A stretch of 64,000 nucleotides of DNA from an uncultured Gemmatimonadales bacterium (GCA_963793305.1 CAWBZV010000005.1:448001-512000), one strand, 5' to 3'. Numbered from the stretch's first letter, positions 8,521-18,978 are shown. Program-made: numbers and translations. Notes: generated by a model not told the origin, from the letters alone.

Positions 8521-11500
8521 CGGACCAGGATCGACTCCAGCGCGCCGTCGAGGGGCGCTATCGTCTCGTTCGCCGGCTCGAGGGTGGCGGGATGTCGACC
8601 GTGTATCTTGCGCGCGATGAGGCGTTCGACCGCCAGGTGGTGATCAAGGTGTTGCCGGTTGAGCTGGCGAGCACCGAGGCCATCGAACGGTTTCGGCAGG
8701 AGATCGACCTGGTGGCGACGCTCTCGCATCCGCAGGTGGTCCCCGTGCTCACGGCGGGACAGGTCGATGGGCTTCCGTATTTCGTCATGCCGTATGTCGA
8801 CGGTGAGTCATTGCGGCGCCGGCTGCATCGCGGACCTCTGTCGGTTCGCGAGACCGTCTCGGTCCTGGTCGATGTGGCGCGCGCCCTGGCGGCCGCGCAT
8901 GCGCAGGGCATCGTCCACCGTGACATCAAGCCGGACAACATTCTCCTGACGGCGCAGTCGGCGGTGGTCACCGACTTCGGGGTGGCGAAGGCGCGCCAGC
9001 GCGCCGGTCGACCGCGCGTCGGCGGCGCCGCGGGTGTGCAGACCAGCGAAGGCACGTCGCTGGGGACGCCGGCCTACATGGCCCCTGAGCAGATCGCGGG
9101 GAGTTCGGATGTCGATGCTCGCGCCGACCTGTACGCCCTGGGTGTCGTGGCCTACGAGATGCTAGCCGGACGGCCGCCCTTCAACGACGCGTCGCCGCGG
9201 AAAGTCCTCGCCGCACATCTGGTGGAGACGCCACCGCCCCTCTCGAGCGGCCGGCGAGACGTCCCTCCGGGTCTCGAGCGCCTCATCGTGCGGTGCCTGG
9301 CCAAGGACCCTGGCGACCGGCCGCGATCGGCCCTCGACATCGTCCGGGCGCTGCAAGAGTCGGAGACGATCGCCCAGCCCGGACTTCGGTTCACTGCTAT
9401 AGATCTTCGCTCCGCGGTGCGCGGACTGGGGCGTGCACCCCTGCTCACGGTGTACGCGCTCGTCTGTCTCGCGCTGGGTGCGGGCTCGACCATCGCCGTC
9501 TGCGGGGCGATCGATCAGGCGCTCATTCGCGAGCTGCCGTTCGCGCATGCCCGTTCGCTCGTCACGGTCTACCGCACGACACCACAGTTCGACCGTGGGC
9601 CGTTTTCCGCGCCCACGTTCCTGGATCTCGCTCGCTCGCTGCACCGAATCGACCACTTGGCGGCCATCGACTTTGTCTTCGGTGTGCTGGTGCTGCCGGG
9701 TGACGCGGTGCGGGTCAGCATCCGTCGCGTCACGGAGAACCTGTTCTCGACGCTCGGCGTCACCGCCCAGGCGGGGCGGCTCTTCGATAGCAGCGATGCC
9801 CAGCGGGCCGTGCCCGTCGCCGACATCAGCGATGCCCTGTGGCGATCGCGTTTCGGCGGCGACCCATTGATCGTTGGTCGATCGGTCGATCTCGACGGCC
9901 GTTCGACGGTGATCCTCGGGGTGCTGCCTCGCGGCTTTCGTATTCCGCGTGCCGCTGTCGAGCTCGAGGCGGACATCTGGACCCCTCTCGTCTTCACGCC
10001 CCACGAGATCGCCCAGCGCCGCGCGAACAGCTTGAGCCTCCTCGGTCGTCTCGCGCCGGGTGCCACGGTATCCGCTGCGGAACGCGAGCTCCGCGATCGG
10101 ATGGCGGACATCACGCGGATCTATCCGGAGCTTCGTGACGAATCGATCCGTGTCGCCCCGATGCGCACCGATAGCGCCGCTTTTGTCCGGGGGTCGTTGA
10201 TGCTGCTCTTGGGCGCCGCGGGATTGGTGCTGGTGGTTGCAACAGCGAACGTGGTGTGCTTGCTGCTGGCCCGCGGTGTCCAGCGCCAGCAGGAGTTCGC
10301 GATCCGATCAGCCCTCGGCGCGTCACCCTGGGCCGTGGTTCGTCCGGTGCTCGCGGAGAGTGCGCTCCTGGCGGTTGCTGGGGTTCTCGTGGGAATCGCC
10401 TTGGCGTCGGCGGGTGTCCACCTCACCGACGCCCAAATCGCGGGTGATCTGCCGCAACTCGCCGGCCTCGCGCTCGGCGCCCGGATCATTCCGTTCGCCC
10501 TGGCGACCGCGGTACTCCTCGCGGTGCTCGCCGGCGTCCTGCCGGCCTGGTACGGCACGCGAGTCCTCGCCCAGGAAGCGCTTGGTGGCGCGCGGGGCAG
10601 TAGCGTTGGCCGCAGGCGAGTTCGGGCGCTCAATGCGCTCGTCGTTGCCGAGGTCGGCGTGGCGCTGGTACTGACGATTGCGACGGGCCTTGTGCTCAAG
10701 GCGTTCCTGCGGCTCAACGACCAGGATCCCGGCTTTGATCCAGCGCCCGTGTTAACCCTCGAAGTGGCGGTACCCGCATTGGCGTATGCCAACAGGAGCG
10801 CGGTGTCGCGTCTGCTCGAGCCGGCCCTCGACGCGGTGGCGCGCGTTCCAGGCGTCGCGGCTGACGGGGCTATCTCTATCCTTCCTTACCGGAATTGGGG
10901 CGCCAATTCGAACGTTCGCTATGAGGGCCAGCCGAACGACACGCCGACACGCTTACCGATCGTCGAAATGCGAGACGTGACGCCCGGCTACTTTGGGGTC
11001 ACCCATCAGCGGCTGATCGGCGGTCGCCTTCTTCGCGATGCTGACGCCACCGTCGACGCACCTGACGTTGTCGTCGTGAACCAGGCGCTCGCGCAGCGGG
11101 ACTTCCCGGGACAGGACGCAGTCGGCAAGCGCTTTTATGACTCTGACACGACGCTCGCGACCATCGTCGGCGTCGTCAGTACGATTCGCAACATGGGCCC
11201 GATACGGGTCCCCACGCCCGAGATGTACTTCCCCTACAAGCCGGGCGACGATAAGACCGCGTTCAATGTGATGATTCGAGTCCAGCGCGGCGACCCGGGG
11301 GCGCTCGGCGCGGCGGTCAGTGCCGCGATTCGTGCCGTCGATTCCCGGACGGCCATCACGCATGTGCAGACCATGCGAGAGGTCATGCGCGACAGTATTC
11401 GGACGCAGCGCTTTTTTCTGAGCGCCATCGTCTTGTTCGCATTGATCGCCGTCCTCCTCGCTGTCGCCGGGTTGCACGGTCTCCTGACCTTTACCGTGGC

Positions 11501-11798
11501 GGAGCGTGCGCGCGAGATCGGCATTCGCACGGCGCTGGGGAGCTCCCCGTTCCGGACGGTCGGCCTCGTCGTGCGTCGGGGACTCCGTCTCATCGCCGGC
11601 GGCGTGGTCTTCGGAATTGTCGGCGCGAGTCTGGCCGCTCGTGTATTGCAAGCGATGGTGTACGGCGTCGAGTCAATGGACCCTGCTCTGTGGCTCGTCG
11701 CGACGGTCGGATTGATGGGGATGGGTTTGCTCGCGTGTCTCCTGCCGTCCTGGCGCGCGGCGGCGGTCGATCCCGTTACCGCCATGCGCATCGAGTGA
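8517..11798 (+). CDS. Ser/Thr protein kinase fused to ADOP/MacB-type duplicated ABC permease
   Basis: GGGMSTVY, VIK, HRDIKPDN, DFG, GTPAYMAPE, then DLRSAVRGLGRAP, two EFAIRSALGA/EIGIRTALG FtsX repeats and VDPVTAMRIE end, all in one frame. Confidence 0.85.
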   Translation: MTDQDRLQRAVEGRYRLVRRLEGGGMSTVYLARDEAFDRQVVIKVLPVELASTEAIERFRQEIDLVATLSHPQVVPVLTAGQVDGLPYFVMPYVDGESLRRRLHRGPLSVRETVSVLVDVARALAAAHAQGIVHRDIKPDNILLTAQSAVVTDFGVAKARQRAGRPRVGGAAGVQTSEGTSLGTPAYMAPEQIAGSSDVDARADLYALGVVAYEMLAGRPPFNDASPRKVLAAHLVETPPPLSSGRRDVPPGLERLIVRCLAKDPGDRPRSALDIVRALQESETIAQPGLRFTAIDLRSAVRGLGRAPLLTVYALVCLALGAGSTIAVCGAIDQALIRELPFAHARSLVTVYRTTPQFDRGPFSAPTFLDLARSLHRIDHLAAIDFVFGVLVLPGDAVRVSIRRVTENLFSTLGVTAQAGRLFDSSDAQRAVPVADISDALWRSRFGGDPLIVGRSVDLDGRSTVILGVLPRGFRIPRAAVELEADIWTPLVFTPHEIAQRRANSLSLLGRLAPGATVSAAERELRDRMADITRIYPELRDESIRVAPMRTDSAAFVRGSLMLLLGAAGLVLVVATANVVCLLLARGVQRQQEFAIRSALGASPWAVVRPVLAESALLAVAGVLVGIALASAGVHLTDAQIAGDLPQLAGLALGARIIPFALATAVLLAVLAGVLPAWYGTRVLAQEALGGARGSSVGRRRVRALNALVVAEVGVALVLTIATGLVLKAFLRLNDQDPGFDPAPVLTLEVAVPALAYANRSAVSRLLEPALDAVARVPGVAADGAISILPYRNWGANSNVRYEGQPNDTPTRLPIVEMRDVTPGYFGVTHQRLIGGRLLRDADATVDAPDVVVVNQALAQRDFPGQDAVGKRFYDSDTTLATIVGVVSTIRNMGPIRVPTPEMYFPYKPGDDKTAFNVMIRVQRGDPGALGAAVSAAIRAVDSRTAITHVQTMREVMRDSIRTQRFFLSAIVLFALIAVLLAVAGLHGLLTFTVAERAREIGIRTALGSSPFRTVGLVVRRGLRLIAGGVVFGIVGASLAARVLQAMVYGVESMDPALWLVATVGLMGMGLLACLLPSWRAAAVDPVTAMRIE

Positions 11799-11873
11799 GG
11801 CGTCCGATGTGACAGCGGCGTCGCACCGGTGACGATGGGCGAGCTCCTGTCGTTACCCAAGCTCGACCGCCGA

Positions 11874-12461
11874 TCAGGTGGTCGTGAATCGTTCGGGGTG
11901 CCAGTCGTACTCCATGTAGCGCGCGGTGTCGCGGGCGATCTCGGGCCCGAGGAGTCGGTGGACGACATGCAACGCGCCATCGATGCCGGCCGATACTCCG
12001 GCCGCGGTGATGCAGCGGCCGTTGTCGACGAAGCGCCGATCCGCGTGCACGCGTGTGCGGGGCGCGGCGACGCGCAGTCGGTCGACGGCGCCATACCACG
12101 TCGTCGCCTCGAGACCGTCAAGGAGTCCAGCGCCGGCGAGCAGGAACGCGCCGGTGCATACTGAGAGCACGACCTCGGCGGTGCCGGTGACGTTGCTCAG
12201 CCAGGACGTGAATCGGGCGCTCTCGAGGAGTGGCTCGGCGCCGCCACCGGGGAGCACGACAATGTCCGGTCGCGGACAGGTCTCGATGGTGTACTCGGGG
12301 AGGATGCGCATGAACCCTTGGCTCACGATGGGGCCCGGGCGATCGGCTACGGTGTAGACCTGGAATGCCCGACCGTTATCGGCGGCGGCGAATACTTCCC
12401 CTGGCCCCGCGAAGTCGAGCAGCTCGGCCTCATCCCAGACGCAAATCGCGACGCGGCGCAT
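11874..12461 (-). CDS. DJ-1/PfpI-family protein
   Basis: ELLDFAGPGEVF, SVCTGAFLLA, TAAGVSAGID motifs; GGAGGA RBS. Confidence 0.9.
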   Translation of the reverse strand: MRRVAICVWDEAELLDFAGPGEVFAAADNGRAFQVYTVADRPGPIVSQGFMRILPEYTIETCPRPDIVVLPGGGAEPLLESARFTSWLSNVTGTAEVVLSVCTGAFLLAGAGLLDGLEATTWYGAVDRLRVAAPRTRVHADRRFVDNGRCITAAGVSAGIDGALHVVHRLLGPEIARDTARYMEYDWHPERFTTT

Positions 12462-12537
12462 GGTTCAGTCCTCCGGTGGGGCGGCGATGCTCACGTATGG
12501 GCCACGGTCTCAGACGGTACGGAGCGAACGATCCGAC

Positions 12538-12557
12538 GTCTTGGACGAGTCGAACAT
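12538..12557 (-). promoter_or_regulatory. Motif copy 4, variant (ATGTTC-GACTCGTC-CAAGAC)
   Basis: TACCGT -10 at 12519-12514, 18 bp downstream; points to DJ-1 gene. Confidence 0.65.
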
Positions 12558-12632
12558 CGCGCCTCACGTTGCGCGCGTCGGTGCGTGGAGTGTATCGATA
12601 TATTGGATTCGCCACCTCGCATCGATGATGCC

Positions 12633-13856
12633 GTGACTCTGCGCGACCTGACCAGCGTCCTGAGCGGCGCACTCCTGACGGCTTCGATCCTCGGAGCCCA
12701 GTCGAGTGGTGCCGACGCGGCGCGCATTCCGTTCATCTACGATGATGCGCGCGTCTTCGTGCCCGTCGGCATCAATCGGGATCCACCGCGATGGCTCATC
12801 CTCGACACGGGCGCCCCCGACGTCATGTTGGACGCCGATGTTGCGCGGGGCCTCGGGATTGCCGGCGTCGATGCGGGCCGGACCGGTGGCGCGGGGGCGG
12901 GGAGCATGGCGATCGCCCATGCGTCGGGCGCGACCCTTCGCATTGGCCCGGTGTCCCTCGGTGCGGTCGATGTCAATGTTGCTCCCCTCGACTCGGTGTT
13001 GGCGGCGTTCGGTGGGCGAGCGGCACTGGGAGTCGTCGGCGCACCGTTCTTCAGTCGCTACGTGGTGGAGCTCGACTTCAGTAGCTCGACGATGACCGTG
13101 CGGGATCCGGACACGTATCGATATCGCGGACATGGCATTGTCCTCCCGATGCAACTGGTCGGGGGGCTTCCGATGGTCGAAGCGCGATTGACGCCATCGA
13201 GTTCAGCGGCGGCTATTCCCATGAAGGTCGTCGTTGATATCGGAGCCAAGGCGACGCTATTGGTAACCGAGCCGTTCATCGCGGCGCACGACCTGATGCA
13301 CCAGTTTGCCCACCGGGTGGAAAGTCCGCTCGGGGCCGGGGTCGGCGGTGAGACGCGCTATGCGTTCGCGCGGGCAGCGTCGCTAGCGCTGGTCGATTCC
13401 GTCGGAGGGGCGACGGCGCGGCTCGACGACCCCGTCGTCGGTTTGTCGGTTCGGGGTACGCTCAAGTCCGGTTGGTGCGACGGACTCCTCGGCGCGGAGT
13501 TTCTGCATGCGTATCGCGTGATCTTTGACTATCCGCATCGGTCACTCATCCTTGAGCCGCGGGGCTCGGCGCCAACGGCCGCGGAGTACGACATGAGCGG
13601 GCTGTTCATTGTGAGCGACCGAGCGGATCACCATCGGTTCACGATCCACGAGGTTCTGTCGGACGGGCCTGCCGCGCATGGCGGCCTGCGCGTGGGGGAT
13701 CGTGTCGTATCGGTTGACGGCCGGCCGGCCACGAGCCTGACGCTCGGGGAGTTGCGCAACGTGCTGCGCAGCGCCCCGGGACGTGATGTGGCGATGACGG
13801 TGGAGCGCGATGGCGCTACGCTCCGGCGGACGGTGCGTCTCGTCCGTCTGGTCTAG
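12633..13856 (+). CDS. Secreted retropepsin-like aspartyl protease (two domains) with C-terminal PDZ
   Basis: ILDTGA and VVDIGA motifs, DGLLGAEFL, PDZ GLRVGDRVVSVDG; start approximate. Confidence 0.8.
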   Translation: MTLRDLTSVLSGALLTASILGAQSSGADAARIPFIYDDARVFVPVGINRDPPRWLILDTGAPDVMLDADVARGLGIAGVDAGRTGGAGAGSMAIAHASGATLRIGPVSLGAVDVNVAPLDSVLAAFGGRAALGVVGAPFFSRYVVELDFSSSTMTVRDPDTYRYRGHGIVLPMQLVGGLPMVEARLTPSSSAAAIPMKVVVDIGAKATLLVTEPFIAAHDLMHQFAHRVESPLGAGVGGETRYAFARAASLALVDSVGGATARLDDPVVGLSVRGTLKSGWCDGLLGAEFLHAYRVIFDYPHRSLILEPRGSAPTAAEYDMSGLFIVSDRADHHRFTIHEVLSDGPAAHGGLRVGDRVVSVDGRPATSLTLGELRNVLRSAPGRDVAMTVERDGATLRRTVRLVRLV

Positions 13857-13895
13857 AGGGCCCTTAGGCGCTCCTCGTTCGCTCCGTCTTGGTTT

Positions 13896-14495
13896 CTACT
13901 TGCTCCATGGCGGCGTGATGCCGTTTATCCTGGCGTAAGCGATCAGCTGGCCCAGGTGCTCGTGTAGGTCGTCCGTCATACCGATGGTCGTTTGCGTGAT
14001 CGTTGCCTGTTGGCCAAACCAATCGACGGAACCCACCGCGGCCGGGTCCACCGGGGCGAGCGTCGCCTTGGCGTACGCGTAGCTGTCGTTCAGGTGCTTG
14101 ATCACCGCTTCCTTGGTGGGATTGGCCTCGAATTTCGCCAGCGCTGCGTCCGTGTTGGGAACTACTGAAGACGGCTTGGCGCCATAGGCCATAGGTGCGT
14201 ACAGGTAATATTCACTTGCGACGTGCAGGAATACGGCGCCGACGGAGCGCACGCCCTTTTCTGGACTCCACGAGTACTTGTCGGCTGGAAACGCGTTCGC
14301 CAGCGCGAGGAACTTCGTGTGCGCGTGATCGAGGTCGGCCAGGAACTCCTTCTTCACATCTGTCGGCCCGTTCGCGGCTCGTGCGGCCGATTGCGCGGCG
14401 AGCGGCGGCGCGGGATGCGTGAACGCGATGGCTAAGGCGACGGTCGCGGCGCGGGTGAGGGAGGCGTGCCGGCGTGCGGTGGGCATGTCGCGCAT
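13896..14495 (-). CDS. DinB-family protein, secreted
   Basis: YSWSPEKGVRSVGAVFLHVA and HEHLGQLIAYARINGITPPWS; GAGGA RBS. Confidence 0.85.
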   Translation of the reverse strand: MRDMPTARRHASLTRAATVALAIAFTHPAPPLAAQSAARAANGPTDVKKEFLADLDHAHTKFLALANAFPADKYSWSPEKGVRSVGAVFLHVASEYYLYAPMAYGAKPSSVVPNTDAALAKFEANPTKEAVIKHLNDSYAYAKATLAPVDPAAVGSVDWFGQQATITQTTIGMTDDLHEHLGQLIAYARINGITPPWSK

Positions 14496-14575
14496 AAGAA
14501 TCCTCATTGGTGCGGGAGTGCGTGTGGTGACGCTGATAAGCCCGGCTGGAGAAGGTCGGCGGTGTCGGGCGTGAG

Positions 14576-14595
14576 GTCTTGTATGAACACAACGT
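14576..14595 (-). promoter_or_regulatory. Motif copy 5 (ACGTTG-TGTTCATA-CAAGAC)
   Basis: GACCTT -10-like hexamer 18 bp downstream; points to DinB gene. Confidence 0.8.
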
Positions 14596-14627
14596 GATCG
14601 GCGGGCAGTCGGTTGGCTCGCTGCGCG

Positions 14628-14647
14628 ACGTTGCGTCCATGCTAGAC
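14628..14647 (+). promoter_or_regulatory. Motif copy 6 (ACGTTG-CGTCCATG-CTAGAC)
   Basis: CATGAT at 14666-14671, 18 bp downstream. Confidence 0.75.
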
Positions 14648-14712
14648 AAAACCCCTCCCACCGGCCATGATCGCTGCGGTGGCATGAATCATCATCTCGG
14701 GATTGGAGGGTA

Positions 14713-15344
14713 ATGTCCATGATGCGATTGGTTGCGAGCCTCTCAGTCGGCGCCCTCGTCGCGTGCAGTAGCTCCGCCGTCATCGTCGCGCCGTCGACGC
14801 CGGACGGGTTCCTGGCCGTTCACTTCGACGAGTTGCGCGGGCAGGCATGCCAGAACCCAAACGACGCGTCGCGGTGTCAGTTCCTGACGTTGTTCGCGGT
14901 GCCAGCGGCGTTCGGCGCGGCCCTATCCGCCGTCACGGTCGACACGGGTACGGGCCGCTCGCCTGGCTAGGGTTCGTCTTGGATATCGCGGATTCGAGCG
15001 CGAACGGTCAGGTCACCGATTCGGTGACGTTCATGGCGTTCAGCGACACGAACGTTGCGGCCGGGGTCGTCGTCGATCTAAACGGGGTCCTCGTCTTGTA
15101 CGATTCGACCAACGCGATCAGCGGCATCAACACCCAATACGGGTACAGCGTCGGCGACAGCGTGGGCGCGTGCGCGCGGCCGCCGACACTTCGTCACACG
15201 AGCGTGCCGTCGATGGGATCCGGCACATCCTGTACGATCCGTACGTTCAACATGCTATTGAATGACATGGTGACGTTGAACGTGACGATCAGCATCGCGC
15301 CGCAGAACGTGAACGGGATTCGCATTCTGCACGTCACCCCGTGA
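14713..15344 (+). pseudogene. Putative lipoprotein, frameshifted near 14960
   Basis: GGAGG RBS, lipobox LVAC; ORFs 14713-14970 and 14847-15344 join by a frame change. Confidence 0.55.
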
Positions 15345-15350
15345 ACGGCC

Positions 15351-16049
15351 TCACGTGAGTGAGCCGGACAGGAATGCCAGAATGAACGCCGTGGAATCGT
15401 AGAGGCCGTGGGCGAGGATCGTGCGCCAGAGGTTGCCGCGCGCGTGGACATACGACGTGCCGTAGACGAGGGCGATCACGCCGGCGAGAATGGCGCCCGA
15501 AGGGCCCTGATAGGAATGTGCCAGGCCGAAGAACGTCGCCGATACGACGATCGCCATGGCCTGTGCGGGGCGAGTGTTGCCGTAGGCGTCGGCGAAGCGG
15601 CGGATGAGAAATCCGCGGAAGACGATCTCCTCACCGAAGGCGGCGCCCGTCCAGATCACGAGGAGCCATTTGGCGAGCGCCCACGGATGGCCGCGGAGTT
15701 TTCCTATCGCGGAGAAGTCTGGGGTACCCCACAACGAGAGCACGAGTGGGGAGAGGAGGCTCACGGCCAGCTGACCCACCACCGCGGTGACCACCGCCAA
15801 TAGGATGGTCACCGTCCATGATCGGGGTCGCGAGAGTCCGAGGCGCGAGAGGCCCGCGCCGCCGCCGCCTTCCAGGTACCAGGCGACGGCCGACGCTGAG
15901 AGTACGCCGATTGGTCCAAACCACACGAACTTGGTAATCTTCCCGGCCGCGGCGAACGCGAAGACAAGGGCGAGTACGCCGCACCACTCGGCGACCCCAC
16001 GGAGCTTGGTCTTCGGCACGCGGTCGGGCGCGGTCAACCCATTGGTCAC
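15351..16049 (-). CDS. CPBP (CAAX/Abi) intramembrane metalloprotease
   Basis: EEIVFRG, FGLAHSYQG, ILAHGLYD motifs; multiple TM segments. Confidence 0.9.
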   Translation of the reverse strand: MTNGLTAPDRVPKTKLRGVAEWCGVLALVFAFAAAGKITKFVWFGPIGVLSASAVAWYLEGGGGAGLSRLGLSRPRSWTVTILLAVVTAVVGQLAVSLLSPLVLSLWGTPDFSAIGKLRGHPWALAKWLLVIWTGAAFGEEIVFRGFLIRRFADAYGNTRPAQAMAIVVSATFFGLAHSYQGPSGAILAGVIALVYGTSYVHARGNLWRTILAHGLYDSTAFILAFLSGSLT

Positions 16050-16061
16050 ACCAACCTCCGT

Positions 16062-16820
16062 TTAGTGAGCGGCCCAGTGTTTCGCAGTCGTCCAGTGCGC
16101 GAGATCGAAGAGCGCCGGGTCGAGTGGCGGATCGGCTTTGATGTCGCTGTACTCCTCGCGCTGGCGGAGCGCGCCGTCGAAGTAGAACTCGCAGACCGGC
16201 GAGATCCATCCGCCGGCGAGCGGTTGGTAGTCATCGAAGCGCGCATCGAGAATCCGGGGAGACCCTGGACGCAACGGCCCCAGCATCCGAACGACAACCA
16301 GGCGCTCGGTGTCGATCCAGAACTGGGCGGTCTTGCGATCACCGGAGTCCGCGCCGACCACCGTCGTCCGTCGCCCCTCCCACATCTCAGTGTGCGTCTT
16401 CGACAGGTCGTATCCCGCCGCGCGCAACGTCGACGCGGACTGATCGACGGAGACGACGTAGACATTGAAGAGCAGCGGCATGAGGGGGTTGCCGCCGGCA
16501 TTCCGCTTCGAAACGGCGCCGTGGTCAATGACGAACGTGGAGTCGGCGGTCATCAAGATCCCGTTCGCATCGGTTAGCGGTGCGCGATCGATGCGCAGCA
16601 TGCCGGGGAGCTTCGAGGTTTCGTACCAGGTCTCGGTCGAGATTTTGCCGTCCGGCGAGTGGAGTGTTGTCTTTTGCTCGAAGGTGAGGGTGTGGTACCA
16701 CGTGGCGGCGTATCGATCGTGCATGCGGCGGATGACCGCTACGCCGGGGTCATCCGGGCGCGACGCGGCCGGCATCGTCATGGATAAGAGACTGGCACTG
16801 AGCAGGAGCAAAAATCGCAT
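16062..16820 (-). CDS. Secreted LolA-like/outer-membrane-sorting-like hypothetical protein
   Basis: Signal peptide; WYHTLTFEQKT, PGMLRID, QFWIDTERL, LDPALFD motifs. Confidence 0.6.
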   Translation of the reverse strand: MRFLLLLSASLLSMTMPAASRPDDPGVAVIRRMHDRYAATWYHTLTFEQKTTLHSPDGKISTETWYETSKLPGMLRIDRAPLTDANGILMTADSTFVIDHGAVSKRNAGGNPLMPLLFNVYVVSVDQSASTLRAAGYDLSKTHTEMWEGRRTTVVGADSGDRKTAQFWIDTERLVVVRMLGPLRPGSPRILDARFDDYQPLAGGWISPVCEFYFDGALRQREEYSDIKADPPLDPALFDLAHWTTAKHWAAH

Positions 16821-16887
16821 CGTACACTCGTCGTAAGAATGGTGAGCGGCGAACCGGAATATAGGCGCGCGCGAACGTGTGCAAGGG

Positions 16888-16907
16888 ATGTTGGAATCGT
16901 ACAAGAC
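16888..16907 (+). promoter_or_regulatory. Motif copy 7 (ATGTTG-GAATCGTA-CAAGAC)
   Basis: CAGGAT at 16926-16931; centre is 41.5 bp from ATG 16939. Confidence 0.85.
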
Positions 16908-16938
16908 ACAATGCGGTATCACGGCCAGGATGGCTCTC

Positions 16939-18805
16939 ATGGGTACTGCGCAGACACTCGGGCTACGAGATCGGTTCGCGCTGACACTCTTGGGTGTATT
17001 GGTCCTGATCGGTGGGCCGCGAAGCGGCGGGGCGCAAACGGTCAGTGGTGTCGTGCTGTCGGCTGCGGACAGTCGGCCGGTGCCCTACGCGACGATCATC
17101 GTCGATCAAGCGCAAGGGCGGTTCGCCGATAGCGTGGGGCGGTTCGTGCTCAGCGGACGCGGTTCGTACCGCGTGCGGGGGCAGCAGATTGGATTCTCAT
17201 CGGTGGACACCGTGGTGAGTGCCGGCACTGGGAGCATCCGCATCGCGATGCAGCCGGTTGTCATCAACACGGCAGCGATCTCAGTGGCGCGCAAGGGAAA
17301 AGCGTGCATGACGCCTGGATTGTCGGAGGGGACTGCCCAAGCGGATCTGGTGGTCTTGTTTGACCAGCTGCGCGAGAATGTAGAGCGTTACGAGATCTTG
17401 TTCGACCAGTATCCATTCCGCTATCGGTGGGAGGCGCGGCGATCGATTGCGTTGCATGGAGTGAGTGATCTGCAGACGGACAGCACGGTCGGTGTGGACA
17501 CCACGTCCTACGACAGCCGCGATCGGCATCGGTACAGCGTGGGCTCGGTACTCTACGAGGAGCGGTCAGAGCGGGGGACGCCGCAGCTCATGATGTACCT
17601 GCCGACGCTCCGGGATCTCACGGATTCGGTGTTCCTGGCGGCCCATTGCTTCGCGTACTCGGGTGAGGCCAACCACGAGATGCGCATCGATTTTCGTCCC
17701 CTCGACCGCATCAAGACGGCCGACGTGGCGGGGTCGGTGTTTCTCGATGCGACCCGGTATGTCGTGAGGCGAGCCGCGTTCAGTCTCACGCGCCGAGAGG
17801 CGGTGAGCTCGTCGATTCCGAGTGTCATGGTGACGACGACATTCACGGAGGAGGTGCCGCTCGTCCCGATTCTGGTAGCGGCGCGCACGGAGGAGCCGCT
17901 GCACGGGGTCTCCGTCGCGGGGTTGGATCCAAACCATCCGGTGGTGGTGGCGCAAGGGACCGCCGGGGGGACGACGCCGGAGGGATTCCCGCACCCGGAG
18001 ATGGAGCGGCTGGCGGTCGAGGAGGATCGCATGCTGGACCACTCTTTTCTGGGAGAATCGATCGGGTCCCGAGGTGTGCCGAGTGCATTCAGAGGCACTG
18101 CCGGCGCCTCGCCTGACGCTCGGGGCTAGGTGCACGATGCCGGCTTCGTTCGAGACCGCTGACGTGCCGATTTACGCGACGCTCGCGGGGGCTGTGCCAA
18201 TAGACTGGCGGGCGGACAATGTACTGAGAGGCATCCGGTCGCTGTTCCATTTGCCGAGTGATGTCGCGCTTCCGGTGTATGGGTATGGAGTGGGGGCGAA
18301 GGTCACGCCGGGGCTGACCGGACAGGTGGCGTTCACGCTCGATGCGGCTGGTCGGTTAGTGCAGGTTGGCGTGACGGCGAGCTCGCTCGTGTCCGGGATC
18401 GACAGCGGAATGGTGGCGATGGTGCGGGGCGCTGATGCCGCGCACGCGTTCAAGGGTTGGCGTGCGGGGCGGTACTCGCTCGGGCTTTCGTCTGCGCCGC
18501 CGGCCGCGGTCTCGCACTCGATCGTGTTGGCGCGTGTGTTCGCGGCCGTAATGCCGTTGGCGCGCGCCGCCGCGCTCGATCCCGACTCCGTGCAGCCGCA
18601 ACTCCCCGTGGGTGGCCAGTTCGAGATCGTGGTCGACGAGGGTGGCCGAGCGATGCCATTGACCCTGCGGGCCGTGACGGCGTCGCCAGATGCCGTGATG
18701 GCCGCCGCGCTGCAGGTCGTACCGGCGCTTCGGTTCCGTCCAGCGCTCACGGGATCGTGTCCGATTAAACAAGAGGTTCTGCTCAGCGGACAGTCGGCAC
18801 GGTGA
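16939..18805 (+). CDS. Carboxypeptidase-regulatory-like domain protein with TonB-C-like C-terminus, apparently frameshifted near 18080-18110
   Basis: QTVSGVV..RPVPYATI..DSVGRF..QIGF N-domain (16939-18129); second ORF 18074-18805 ends FEIVVDEGGR..LRFRPA..CPIKQEV. Confidence 0.55.
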
Positions 18806-18856
18806 GGGCTCGCGGTTGCGCAGCGGGAGAGAGATGCGCGCGCGCGTGGGCCAGAG

Positions 18857-18876
18857 ATGTTGGAATCGTGCAAGAC
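18857..18876 (+). promoter_or_regulatory. Motif copy 8 (ATGTTG-GAATCGTG-CAAGAC)
   Basis: Near-identical to copy 7; distal site upstream of susC-like gene. Confidence 0.8.
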
Positions 18877-18978
18877 ATCACTTGGCGTGGTACGGCGAAT
18901 ATCCGGTTGGGGGTGAATCATCATCCCCGTACACCAATCGCCACGAGACACACGCATCGCGTCCCGCAGCCGCACGCG

